Shown: piece by piece, positions 1 through 15,814 of the stretch
Numbering within the stretch: the stretch's first letter is position 1
Layout of the letters: every line of letters starts with the position of its first letter
Assembly (NCBI RefSeq): GCF_044704955.1
Contig: NC_091980.1
Coordinates: forward strand, 130,758,001 to 130,822,000
Source of the DNA: Pristiophorus japonicus
Lineage: Eukaryota
Direction: 5' to 3'
DNA length: 64,000 bases
Translations under genes and position numbers: made by a program
The notes under the pieces: generated by a model
Seen by the model: the letters and a program-made list of their open reading frames with translations, nothing else
Database searches by the model: none
Told to the model about the DNA's origin: nothing

Positions 1-352
1 ATGGAATTCAGAAGAACGAGGTGATCTTATTGAAATGTATAAGATTGAGGGGGCTTGACTGCGTGGATACAGAGAGGATGTTCCCGCTGATGGGGGAGAC
101 TACAACTAGAGGCATGATCTTAGAATAAGGGGCTGCCCATATAGAACTGAGAAAGTTCTTAAGGGTTGTCAACCTGTGGAATTTGCTGCCTGAGCTGTGG
201 AAAGCTGAGACATTGAATAAATTTAAGACTGTAATACAGTTTCTTAAATGCTAGGGGATTATGTGGGGATAAGTCAATGATCAGATCAGCCATAATAAAT
301 GGTGGAAAAGGCTCAGAGCTGTGTGATCTACTCCTGTTCATATTTCTCATAA
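1..352 (+). mobile_element. CR1 LINE 3' end in intron 1 of copy A
   Basis: Matches 30559-30912. Confidence 0.7.
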
Positions 353-1053
353 GTTTCCCTATGGCTGGAGCTGAAATTATCCAATGTCTTTACCAGGTTA
401 GTTGAGTAGGTGTTAGTTTCCATAACTATACATTCAAGTTCAGTGAGACTGAGCCCTTAAAGCAAGAAAAATGAGTTTGACTTCATGTACAATGCCCATA
501 ATGGGTGTGCCATGGAATAATCAACTACTCTTCTGAGCCCTCCGCAGTCCGTCTACTTTGACCGGGATGATGTTGCCCTGCGTCACTTTGCGTTCTTCAA
601 GGAGCAGTCACATGAGGAACATGAGCATGCTGAGAAACTGATGGAATTCCAGAATCGGCGTGGAGGCCGAATCATCTAGGCAGACATCAAGGTTTGGCTC
701 CATAAACGAGGGCCCTTCTGTTTGGTTCCCCTTAGACTGATTGTTCACAATACATTGTAAAGGAGTTGGTTACAATTTACAGCACAGGAACCAGCCATTT
801 GGACAAACTGGTCCATGCTGGTGATCAGCTTCAGACGACGTAATCCCACCTTGCTTTATCCAGCAACATATCATTCTATTCCTTTTTCCCTCATGTACTT
901 ATTTAGTTTCCCCTCAAATACATCTATGCTATTCACCTCATAAATTTGACATCGGTAGTTGACTTAATGCAGTAATTCAATATTCTAACACATTGTTTCA
1001 TGGTAACCTAGACTTCTGATTGCAATTTTTCCATCCCTAATTTCCTTCAATAC

Positions 1054-4000
1054 TGTCCTATTTCCAAACCTGTTTTTACTGCTTGTACTATTACATATGT
1101 GCCACCAGAGGGCACTGCAGTCAGACTTGCAGGTGACCTGTACAGGTGTGCCTTGCCCAGTATAAAAGGCAGGCCAACAGGTGTGATTCTCACCACGAGT
1201 TCCATTATGTAAAGTCCTGTCCCCTCAGTACAGCTTTTCACAAGGCATGTAGTGAAGTCAAGGTCACTCTGGACCTGCACCTTTATTTCACAGCTCTGGA
1301 ATGCTGCACTTGTCTGAGACCTGTCCTTGTATAACCTGTCTCTCGCAAGTGCACCCCTGGTGGTCAGGTATGCTGGTGGTTACAGGTCATATCTTAGTCA
1401 TGTATAGTATGTTAGGATACAGTTATTTATAATGTAAGATACATGACATCACCCTCCCCAAGGTCTTATTGTCTTTATAGGTTCAGTCTCTCAGGTGGTC
1501 TACACTCTCGCGTGGAGCATCTGAGTTGTGGTTCAGTTGTTTGCCTTTGGGTGTGGTTGCTGTTATCTCGCCTGGGCTGTCTGTTTCAATTGGTGTGATT
1601 GTTGTTGACTCGCCTGGGCTGTCTGTTGCAGTTGCACTTTCCTCAGGTTGTTCCCTCTCTGTCCACCAGGTGTGATGCGAGTTCCACATTGTAGTCTGGT
1701 TCTGCAGTGTTGGTAAATCTGCTTTTTACTTGGTCTACATGCCTCTGGCGGGTTTTGCAATTGTCTACTTGTACTACCAGTAGCCTGTTTCCTTCCTTGC
1801 CCATTACTGTCCCTGCAAGCCATTTGGGACCCCTGCCATAGTTTAGTACAAACACTTTGTCCCCTATCTCATTCCATCTCCCCCTTGAATTTCTGTCATG
1901 GTACTCGGTCAGCTTAGAGCACTTTGCCTCAAGGATTTCGTGGATGTCTGGGAGGATTAATGAGAGCCTTGTTTTTAAAGTCCATTTCATCAACAGTTGC
2001 ACAGGGGATCCCAGTCAGTGAGTGCGGACGAGATCTGTATGCCAGCAGCAGTCGCAACAGGCGACCCTGCAGCGTGGCACTTTGGATTTTAAGCATGCCT
2101 TGTTTAATGATTTGCATTGCTCTCTCCGCCTGGCCTTTGGAGGCTGTCTTGAACGGTGCTGTCTTGACGTGATTTATGCCGTGGTCAATTATAAAACCTT
2201 GGAAATCTGCGATGGTGAAGCACGGACCATTGTCACTGACCAATATGTCAGGGATTCCGTGCATTGCAAACATGGTTGCGAGGCTCTCCACAGTGGTGGA
2301 GGTTGTGCTCAAGTTTAAAATGGTGCATTCAATCCACTTTGAAAATGCATCTACAACTACGAGGAACATTTTGCCCATGAATGGGCCCGCATAGTCTACG
2401 TGCACCCGTGACCATGGTTTGGTAGGCCAGGGGCTCGGGGAGCCTCCCTGGGGGCATTGCTGAGTTGGGAACAAATGGTGCACCTTCGGATGCAGAGCTC
2501 CAAGTCTGCATCAATACCAGCCCACCAGATGTGGGATCTGGCTATGGCCTTCATAACGGTTCCTGGGTGCTCGCGGTGGAGCTCCCGGACAAATGCCTCT
2601 CTGCCTCGCAGAGGCATGACTACTTGGCTGCCACACATCAGGCAGTCTGCTTGTAGTGATAGCTCATGCATGCGCCTGTGAAAGGGTTTTAATTCCTCGG
2701 GGCAGGCATTGCGAGCCTCTGCCCAGTCACTGGTTAGGACATATCATTTTACTAAGGATAATGTGGGGTCGCTGTCCGTCGAGCCTCTGATTTGGAAAGC
2801 TGTCATGGGCGAACCTGTGGACTCAAAGGCATTGATTGCCTTGACAATCTCTCAGTCCTGTTCGTGAGAGCCTTCTGTGGTCACCAGGGGTAGCCTGCTG
2901 ATCACGTCGGCACAGTTGTCTGTGCCTTATGGTATAGTCGTAGGACGCCAGTATGAGTGGCCACTGTTGAATTTGTGCTGAGGCGTTGGCGTTTATTGCC
3001 TTGCTCTTGGATAGGAGGGACGTGAGGGGCTTGTGGTCGGTTCCTAACGCGAACTTGGCCCCGAAAAGTTATTGGTCTATCTTTTTGACACCGTACATGC
3101 ACGCGAGCACCTCCTTCTCTACCATTCCGTACCCATGCTCCACCTGCAAAAGTGACCTGGAGACATAAGCTTTGGGTTGTAATTTGCCTGCACTATTGAC
3201 GTGTTGCAAAATGCACCCAACCCCAATAGCTGATGCATCGCATGTGAGAACTAACTTTTACTTGCGTCAGAGAAAGTCAAAACACTGTTGGAACACAAAA
3301 GGTTGTGTGCCTTATTGAAGGCAAGTTCCTGGGCATCCCCCCAAAACCAATCGCACCCCTTCCTGAGTAGCATGTGGAGAGGCTCCAGCAGCGTGTTTAA
3401 GTTCTGCATAAAGTTCCCAAAATAATTGAGTAGCCCGAGAAAGGCGTGCAGTTCTGAGACATTCCAGGGCCTGGGTGCCAGGCGAATTGCTTCTGTATTG
3501 GACTCTGTTGGGCGGATTCCAGCAGCGGCCTAATCCTTCTGCCCAAAAATTCAACCTCGGGTGAGAAACAGGCACTTTGATTTCTTGTCTCGTCTGCCTA
3601 CCCGATCCAACCGCTTTAGTACTTCCTCCAAATTACGGAGATGGGAGTCTGTGTCCCTGCCAGTGATAAGTATGTCTTGAAATACAACCGTCCTTGGGAT
3701 GGACTTGAGCAGACACTCCATGTTGCGCTGGAATATGGCAGCTGCTGACCTGATGCCAAATGGGCATCGATTGTACATGAAAAGGCCTCTGTTGATGGTG
3801 GTGAGTAGCTTGGATTCCTCGGTCAATTCTTGTCATACGCAGATGAGGTCTAGTTTTGAGAAGTTTACCTCCAGCCAATGTGGCAAATAAGTCCTCTGCT
3901 CTGGGCAGTGGGTACTGGTCCTGTTGGGAGACTCTGTTCATGGTCGACTTGTAGTCCCCACAGATTCGTATGGATCCATCAGGCATCATGACTGGGACAA

Positions 4001-5928
4001 TGGGACTTGCCCAGTCGCTAAATTCCACAGGTGATATAATGCCTTCCCACAGAAGCCTGTCTAGTTCGTGTTCCATCTTTTTCCCTCATCACATAGGGTA
4101 CAGCTCTGGCCTTGTGATGGACCGGTCTACCATCCTGAGATGTAGATTTTGACTTTGGCCCCTTTGAATGTGCCCACACCTGGCTGAAAGAGATGTTCAA
4201 ATCACTTTATAACTGTTGAGCAGGAGGTCCGTCCCTCTAATGATATGGCATGGACATCATCCCATTTCCAGTTTAGTTTTGCCAGCCAGCTTCTCCCCAG
4301 CATTGCAGGGGAGTCTCCGGGGACAATCCACAGGGGAAGTTTGTTCACTGTCTTTGTGTGTGACAGAGCATGGCGCTGCCAAGGACTGGTATGATTTCTT
4401 TGGTATAGGTCCTTAGTTTGGTGTCGAACCTTGAGTTTTGGTCTGTCTCTTTTTTAATGCGGCCACAGTTGTTCAAATTGTTGAGCACACGTGAGATTGA
4501 TTCGCTCTCATATCCAGCTCCATGTTGACAGGTATTCTGTTGAGTAGGACCCTCATCATTATAGGAGGCATCCTGTTGTAGGAGCAGCGGCCATTGACCG
4601 TGTTGACCCGCTGCACATCGTTGTCCCAGGTACTGTCCCCACCTTCTTCTGGTCCGCTTTCCGACCCATACGATTCGTATATCAGCCAAGCTGTTTTTTT
4701 TTTTTGCACATGCTGGCCAAATGCCCTATATATTCACAGTTCCTGCAAACAGCCTGCTGAAATCGACAACCCCTTGACGAGTGCCTACCCTCACCTCCAG
4801 CACAGACCACTTCCATTGTTCTCAAAGAATGAGCTGTCTGGCTGATCTCTTGAGCTTCTCCTCAGTTTGTAGTTGATTGCTTGCATTGTGGGTTGATGAG
4901 GTGTGAATGGCTGTTCCTGTGGCCCTTGATGGTTTCTGGCGCCACTGCCTGCTGTCGAGAGCTTGTTCTCCCGGTTTTGTCTGTGTGGGGGTAGCAGCTT
5001 GTTTACTGCTGTGACCACCACCTTCTGATAGTTCGTTAGTTGTCGTACCTGCATTGTAAATCAACCTCGTTTCTTCTTCTCCCCGACCAAGAATGTCTGC
5101 AACCAGTGCTGCTGCCTCTAAGGTCAGGTTCTTGGTCTCTGAGCTTTCAGCGTATGCCTGCATGGCCTATTCCTTCAATGAAAGTCTCTCAGCATTTCTC
5201 TCCTCAGTTCATCTGAGAACTCACATAAACGAGCTAACCTCCGAAGTTCCGCCACAAAGTCAGGTATGCTCTGGCCCACATAGCATCTGTAGTTGTAGAA
5301 CCTGTGTCTGGCCATGTGCAGGCTACTTGCTGGCTTCAGGTGGTCTCTTACCAGTGTGCTCAATTCTTCAAACGACTTGCTGCTTTCACGGGTGCTAGCA
5401 GATCCTTCATAAAAGCGTATGTTTTTGAGCCACAGCTGGTCAAGAGATGGGCTCTTGTCTGTTTTGTCATCTCCTAACCAGTCTTTGGTTACAAGGCATT
5501 GCTGGAGCCTTTCTGTAAATTCCTCCCAATTGTCTCCAGCATTGTACTTTTCATCTGATCTGTTTGCCATTCTGTGGATTCTGTAATCCCGTAACTTATC
5601 ACCACTGTAAAGTCCTGTCCCCTCAGTACAGACTCACACGAGGCATGTCGTGAAGTCAGGTCACTCTGGACCTGTACCTTTATTTCACAGCTCTGGAATG
5701 CTGCACTTGCCTGAGACCTGTCCTTGTATACCTGTCTCTTGCAAGTGCACCCCTGGTGGTAAGGTATGCTGGTGGTTACAGGTCATATCTTATTATTCAT
5801 GTATAGCATGTTAGGATACAGTTACATATAATGTAAGATACATGACACATAAAATGAACTAAGGTCACTACAGTTAAAGTACAATACATTGCCTCATGGA
5901 GTCATTATCAGAGCATCTAAAGACAAAA
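1054..5928 (+). mobile_element. Older solo LTR (about 230 bp: 1054-1207 plus 5853-5928) split by the Gypsy element
   Basis: Starts TGT, contains TATAAAAG, and is flanked by a 5-bp direct repeat aatac (1049-1053, 5929-5933). The paralogous intron 2 of copy D (about 46655) shows the empty site ccttcaatac|tttgttt. Confidence 0.75.
1208..5847 (-). mobile_element. Ty3/Gypsy LTR retrotransposon, full length but decayed, in intron 2 of copy A
   Basis: LTRs of about 240 bp at 1208-1448 and 5606-5847 (TGT...ACA). PPT at 1449-1459; PBS TGGTGATAAG on the - strand next to 5605; TSD catta/cataa. Frameshifted gag (5175-5570), protease (about 4473-4709), RT (about 3551-4076, WASPIVPV and PFGIRSAAAIFQ), RNase H and integrase (1929-2483, VHVDYAGP, SDNG, GQAER). 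Confidence 0.95.
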
Positions 5929-6353
5929 AATACTTGTTTGTTTAATCTGACTTTCCTCTTCAGAAAGCAGAGCAGGATGAATGGAGCAATGTCCTGGAGG
6001 CCATGCAGAGAGCTCTGCAGATGGAGATGAATGTGAACCAGAGTCTGTTGGATCTGCACAAACTCTCCACTGGGAGCACTGACCCTCATGCAAGTTCCTA
6101 ATTCTTCAATGTGGGCTTTTGGGTAAGTTGCTGTCCTTGAACTTAATTTAAAAAGATCTCTCTGCCCAATAGCTTTGTGTTGGTCTATATTTTGGGGTAG
6201 ATATTGTAAATGTGTCTGTTCCCAGCACCTTTTTGAATGGCAAGTTTTCATCTAAATGCAGTAATTCCATCAGTTTCAATTGCACCACTTAACTATCCTC
6301 AGTCCAAGAGGACTAAAATTCAAACTCAAGCAGTAAGCCCCAATGTTCCTTGA

Positions 6354-6554
<201 letters not shown>

Positions 6555-7127
6555 TGATCAGTACTTGTGTTTATACAAAGTGTGTGAGACTCTGTCCTAC
6601 ATAGAATGGTGGCTTTGTACAGGCTGAGACCTGGGCTCTTGATGTGAAATGTAATCAACTGTAAATAAACTGTTCAATATTGAGCTGGGTTTTATCTCTT
6701 TGCAAGTTACTGGTTGCTTATTTTCCATTTACCATAACAATGCAGCACAAGAATTGCACTTGGTTATGCAATAATCATACATTGGCCTCCTGTGCTGTAA
6801 CCACTCAGCCTGTTGAGCCTCTGCTGGCTCTCCAAGAGCACTTCGGCTCGTCCTACTCCCTTGCATTTTCCCTGTAGCCCTGCAATGTTTTTCCTTCATG
6901 TAATTGTTCAATCCTATGATTGAAACTGGCTTCACCACCCCCTTGGGCAGTGCAATACAGATATTATCCACTCACTGCATAAAAGGTTATCCTCATATCA
7001 GCTGTAGTTCTTCTGCCAATTGTCTTAAATTTGTGTCTGCTGGTTCTCGTCCCTGCTGCCAGTGCAAACAGTCCTATAATTTTTTGCTTTTCTGGAATAA
7101 TTTCAATATATTGACATTCCTATTCAC

Positions 7128-9085
7128 AAAAAACATAAATCGGAGCAGTAGTAACCCATTTGGTCATGTGAAGCCTGCACCACCATTCAATATGATCATT
7201 ACTGATCCTTTACCACCACCATGTTCATGCTTTTACCCCATAGCCCTTGATGCCTTCTGTATCAAGATATCTCATCTCATCTTAAATATATTCAGCAATT
7301 GGGCTCCACTGCCTTCTGTAGTCAACAGTTCCCCAGCTTCCCCATCCTGAGTGAAAACATTTCTCATCTCATCGCTAAATTTCCTACCCTGTATCCTGAG
7401 CCTGTGACCTTTTGTTCTCAACTTCCAAGCTGGGGGTACTTCCTCCCCACATCCAGTCTCTCCAAACCAGTCCGAATTTTATGATTCATTAAGATCCCCT
7501 TTCACTCTTCTGGTGAATACAGGCCTGGTCAACCCATTCTCTCTTCACACGACAATCTTTCCATCCAAGGAATCTGTCTGGTGGAACTTCGCTGCGCTCT
7601 TTCTTGGTTAGAGACCCAAAACTGTGCACAATACACCAGGTGTCATTTCACCAATGCTGTGTATAATTGTTGTAAGACATACTTGCTCCAGTACAGTGGA
7701 AAAAATTGTAAATATTACATTTGGTTTCTTCCTCCTCCAAATCTCTTTATATACGTGACAAGCTGGGGCCCAAACACTGATCCCTGTGGTATCCCACTCG
7801 TCACTGCCCACCACCCAGGAAAAGACCTGTTTATTCTGACTTTTCTATCAATTCACCAATTTTCAATCTATGGCAGTATATTGCCCCCAATCCCATGTGC
7901 TTTAATTCTGCTCACTAACCTCTTGTGGGACTTTATCAAAGGTCTTCTGACAATCCAAATACACTACATCCACTCGTTCTCCCTTATCTAATCTCAGTTA
8001 CATCCTCAAATAAAAACAGTAGGTTTGTCAAACACCATTTTCGTTTCATAAATCCATATTAACTTTGTCTAATCGTGTTGATATTTTCTAAGTGTCCCTT
8101 TATCACATTCTACGAATGTTAGGCTAACCGGGCTGCAGTTACCTGTTTTGTTTCTCCTTCCTTTTTAAAATAGTGGGGTTACATTTGCCGCACTCCATTC
8201 TGCGGCAACAGTACCATAATCTGTAGAAATTTGGAAGATGATAACCAATGCATCCACTATTTCCATGGCTACCACTTTTAGTACTCCGGGATGCAGATTA
8301 TCAGGCCCTGGGGATTTATCAGCTTTCAGTCCCATTAGTTTCTCCAGCACTATTTTCTTACTAATAATCATTCCCTTTAATTTCTCTTGCTCACTAGACC
8401 CTTAGTTCCCTAGCATTTCTGGGATGTTATGTGTCCTCTTCTGTGAAGACAGAACCAAAGTATTTAATTGTTCTGCCATTTCCTTGTTCCCCATTATAAT
8501 TTATCCCATTTGTGACAAAAGAACCTACATTTGTGTGTCATTTTCTTTTTACATACTGGGAGAAACTTTTACAGTCGGTTTACATGATCCTTGCAAGTTT
8601 AGTCTCATGCACTATTTTCCCCCTCTTAAACAATCTCTTGGTCATTTTTTTGCTGGATACTAAACTGCTCCCAATCCTCAGGATTGTACTTGTTCTGGCA
8701 ACTTTGTATGACTCCTCTTTGGATCTAATACTATCCTTAATTTATTGTGTAAAGCATAGTTGGGCCACTTTTTCTTTTGTGTTTTTGTAGCATAAAGGAA
8801 TGTATCATTGTTGCAATTCATGCATGCGTTCCTTAAATGTTAGCCATTGACTAACCACTATCATGCCTTTTAATGAATCTTCCCAATCTGTCATAGCTAT
8901 TCCTCATACCTTTGTAGTTTCCTTTGTTTAGATTTAGGACCTAGTTTTGGATTGGACAACTTCACTTTCAGTCTTCAGGAAGATTGAAAATCATGTTATG
9001 AACATTCTTCCCTAAAGGATCCCGCACAAAAAGACTATTAATTAACCCCTTCTCATTGCACAATACCCAATCTATGATAGCTATT
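7128..9085 (-). mobile_element. Decayed CR1 LINE
   Basis: LMGLKADKSPGPDNLHPGVLK...NVTPLF (8165-8371); RT remnants; CR1-type 3'UTR. Confidence 0.8.
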
Positions 9086-9689
9086 CAGACATGTTGAAGA
9101 CCTAATTTCACTTGCATGTATATGTAATGACTCAAAAATCTGGTTACTGTAAACTCACTCAGGTGCAACATTATCCATCTTTATTCCAGCCCCAGAGTGC
9201 CAGTGTGACAAAGACACCCAGCTTATATACAGGTGATCAAGCACACATGCCATGTGTATACAGCCCGATGATCTCCGACAGCAGAGACCTCTGGTGTCTT
9301 GTGACTACCAAGCATTAATCCATAAGAGTATATCTTGCAAATTCTATTCATGCATTTCAATCTAGCATTGCAATGCTGTAATCCAACAATTGAAAATGTT
9401 CACGTTTGTTCAGCCACATAAGGCAGTGGGACCACAGGTACATTTTAGTGTATTAAAGGAGGCAGAGAGGTTTACATAACATTCGTATGCCATTTGGCAC
9501 CTCGAGCCTGTTCCGCCAATCAGTAAAATCGTGACTGGTTTGATCTTGGTCTCAACACTTTCCTGCCTGTTCCCCATAACCCTTGACTCCGCTATTGTTA
9601 AAAAATCTATCTATCTCCACCTTAAATGTATTCAATGACCCTGCCTCCACACATGCGCGCACACACCCATACACACGCACACAGACACA

Positions 9690-9835
9690 CAGTACTGAGG
9701 GAGTGCAGCACTGTCAGAGGGGCATTACTGAGGGAGCGCCGCACTGTCAGAGGGACAATACTCACAGGATTCTTCACTGTTGGAGGAGCAGCACTCAGGG
9801 ATTGCCACTGTCTGAAGGGCAGTACTGAGGGATTG
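9690..9835 (+). repeat. About 30-bp minisatellite derived from a Deu-domain SINE segment
   Basis: About 5 degenerate units of CAGTACTGAGGGAGTGCAGCACTGTCAGAGGGG after a (CA)n tract. Confidence 0.7.
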
Positions 9836-10094
9836 TTGTACAGACTCATGTTTGATTCAGGTGGGTCAACTGTGCTCATTGGTGACATCTCCCCGGAAAG
9901 GGTAGTGTCTGTGGTGTGATTGGTGGCTCCGGATCTGAATCACTGCCGCACTCTCTGCCCCATCGAAAGCAGAGTTTTAATCCAAGGGAACACCTCTCAT
10001 CAGCTCATCCAGGACTGAACCACTTCTGCACTGAAACCAGATGTCACGGCTTTGGATCTCCAGGATACACCAGCATGAAAGGTCAATGACCAGA

Positions 10095-10905
10095 GGGGAG
10101 AGATGAGGACGATTATTTTAACGCAGCGTGTTGTGGTGATCCGGAACGCACTGCCTGAAAGGGCGGTGGAATCAGATTCAACAGTAACTTTGAAGAGGGA
10201 ATTGCATATATACTTGACAAAAGTTGCAGGGCTATGGGGAAGGAGCTGAGGAATGGGACGAATTGGATCGCTCTTACAAAGTGCCTGCACAGGCACGATG
10301 GGCCGAATGGCCTCTTTCTGTGCTGATAGGATCTATGATGAGCCAGGCAGTTAGAGCATATCTGAGCCTCATCATTTCAATCAGATTTAAATATTCATCA
10401 TTTCAATCAGATTTAAATATTCTTTCGAGTCACTGAAAACCGACTGTAAAAGGACTCGTCTAACACATCAAATTGAGGGGCAGGAAAAGACCAGCTGGTC
10501 CATCAAGCCTGCCCCAAAACATGCTGGAGCAAATCATAGAATCATAGAATGGGTACAGCACAGAGGGAGGCCATTCGGCCTGTCGAGCCCGTGCCGGCTC
10601 TCTTCAAGAGCACTTCAGCTAGACCCACTCCCCCGCGCTTCCCCTGCAACCCTGCTATTAATTTTTCCTTCAGGTACTTATCCAATTCCATTTTGAAAGC
10701 CACGATTGAGTCTACCTCCACCACCCTCTCGGGCATTGCATTCCAGATCCCAACCACTCGCTGTGTAAACATGTCGCCTTTGGTTCTTTTGCCAGTCACT
10801 TTAAATCTGTGTCCTCTGGTTCTCGACCCTTCTGCCAATGGGAACAGTTCCTGTCTATCGACTCTGTCCAGACACCTCATGATTTTGAATCCCTCTATCA
10901 AATGG
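10095..10905. mobile_element. Two CR1 3'-end fragments in opposite orientation (about 10095-10340 on +, about 10530-10905 on -); repeated at about 50525-51310
   Basis: TRGHRFKV...FTQRVVGIWNAMP motif and (ATAGAATC)n tail. Confidence 0.7.
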
Positions 10906-11369
10906 AGATGTGGGTGACAATGTGTTCAGTAATGTTCACTCCCTCTCATTTTCGCTCAATATATTGAATTTTACCAGGCATCATTCCATGAGAATAAAAA
11001 TGACAGATCGTTGATGCCCCCATGTAGCCAATCCTCAGACACATGCCCATTCTCTATATTTGAACTGGGGGAAGTTCACACCACCCACAGGATGGAATTC
11101 CCATTCCACTGGCCAATGCTTGGTTTGTAAATGCACCAAGATGACTTGATTGCTTTGAATATTGTCTCAGTGCCACAGAAACTTGCAAGTAACAAACTTC
11201 GCCAGATTATGAAAAACTCCTTTGGCGAAAATAGAAAATTATCATTTCATTCAAGTGAGAGCGTTAAACAACAGCACACTTTCAGATTTGAAGACGTTCA
11301 AGGAATCCAAAGGCAGTGACATCACCAAGACTGATCTCCCCTAGCCCCCTCCCCCGAACCCCCTCTCCT

Positions 11370-11483
11370 TTGTTAATTGGTGCCTCAATTCAGGGAAGAT
11401 TCCTGATTGGCTCTGAGGGATTGTCAATCATCATTGGTGATGTCATACCCTGTTTGAATGCAGCTGTTCCAATAGTATAAATA
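11370..11483 (+). promoter_or_regulatory. Core promoter of ferritin B: TATA box plus inverted CCAAT boxes
   Basis: TATAAATA at 11476-11483, about 70 nt upstream of the ATG. Three ATTGG motifs near 11377, 11406 and 11434. Confidence 0.7.
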
Positions 11484-11551
11484 CAGGAGCTTGTGCAAGA
11501 TAGAGTGAGTTTTAGAACTGTGCAGGTGATAGTGAAATATAGATAGAGAAG

Positions 11552-14131
<2,580 letters not shown>

Positions 14132-15814
14132 ACTGACTGGGATCAAGCTTATTGTGTTTAGTACTTGTATTTATATAATCAGGCCCCTATACTGTAGGGA
14201 ATGAAGGCTTGTGACTTTGTACAAAAAGAGCTAAAACCCATAACAGTAAATAAACTGTTCAACATTGGGCTGTGTTTTGTCACCTTGTAAATTTGAGTGG
14301 TTACTTATTTTTCATTTAACGTAACTTGGTTTCCATCAAACAAGAATTACACTGACCTGTGCAACATTTATTTGGGATTCAGTCCTATGAAATGTGTTTT
14401 CCCCTTGTGTAATGTCTATGTATTGACTGGGCCACTCAGGCACCTGTTATAAGATCTAAAATATTCAAGAATGTGTTTGGACAACTGACAGCCCCATGGG
14501 ATGTTGGCCCAGTGACCAAAACTCTGGTCAGAGGTATGTGTTGAGGTACAGAGATGTTTAGGAAGGCATGTCTCGAGCTTGGCACTGATAAGCTGTATAC
14601 AATTACCTGTTCCAACGATCTGTTTTTTACAAAGGAGACTTCAATCCAACAAGATGTAACATCTGCTAAACACAGGACCAATTTGTCAGTAGTTCATTGT
14701 TGCACCATTTCAGTCCAATGAAGAAACAGTCCTGGATTAGCTTCCTATTTAGTCTATCTGCCTTGTGAACGAACAGCAGTTTGTATTCAATCGCTGCAAT
14801 AGATCCTCTTCAGTAATGGGACTCACCACTGCTGCTATAGCCTTGCTGTTAAGCTTTGTAGGCAGAAAAGCAATATCTCAGCACACTGAACTCTGGGCAC
14901 TAGAATTGGGTGAGGAGGGAAAGCAACAGTTGTCATCAGCTTGCTGTCATAGCTTCAGTGCTTTGTGTGGATACCCTAGCGGTTCTGGGACAGCTTCTCT
15001 TCAGCCTGCTCCCCTAATGGTTGAATAACTTGCCAATACAACCTCCATTCACATGAATAAGGTATTGCAAGACTAATGATACTCCAACAAAATTTAATAC
15101 TTGGCAAGGTGTAAATGTATTTAATTCCACAAAGCAAAAGGCACAAGATGTTAAACCCTTTTCTGGCCACAATGCTTAAGCACTCAATTTATAAGCCTAT
15201 CAATTTTTTTTTCTTAGTACCGCTGTGAATGGATACAAATGGTACTGCTGCTCCAATAATCCAGTGTTTACAAGTTATTTTTATGAATTTAATTGAGAAC
15301 TGTGTTGAGTGCAATTAAATAGCCATGCACAGACATTCCAGGTTAATGTCTTGGCAACACTCAAGCGCCTTTCGGCTATCGATGTTACAAAATGTCATAT
15401 ATTGATGAGCCACAGTTCCACGAGTCGGCCTGGGTTTGCGTGCTGATGGTTTTGATGGCTTCATGTATCAACAAATCTCCAGCTCACTCAATGTGAAACT
15501 TTACAGGTGCTCGTGTTTTAAGAATTACTTACAATTTATAGCACAGGAAAAAGACCATTTGGGCCAACTGCGCCATTCTGTGGTTTATGCTCCATGTGAA
15601 ATATGTCCCACCCCACTTCATCTGGACCTATTAGCATATCCTTCTATTCCTTTCTCCTTTGTGTTGATCAAGCTTTCCCTTAAATGCATCTATGATCTTT
15701 GCATTCAGAGTTATTACTGCGAGTATCTCAGTAAACGCACTGCTGCTGCTGTGAATTTTCTGTTAAGCTGTGTGGGTAAAGAAGTGAGTAACAGCTTTCA
15801 AGACCCGCAATGTT

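Noticed and set aside
6090-6091. GC donor as the inactivating lesion of copy A
   Set aside because: GC-AG introns can splice; the upstream TAG is the decisive defect.
9690-9835. CRISPR-like spaced 30-bp repeats
   Set aside because: The units are contiguous and degenerate with no unique spacers or cas genes, and the context is eukaryotic.
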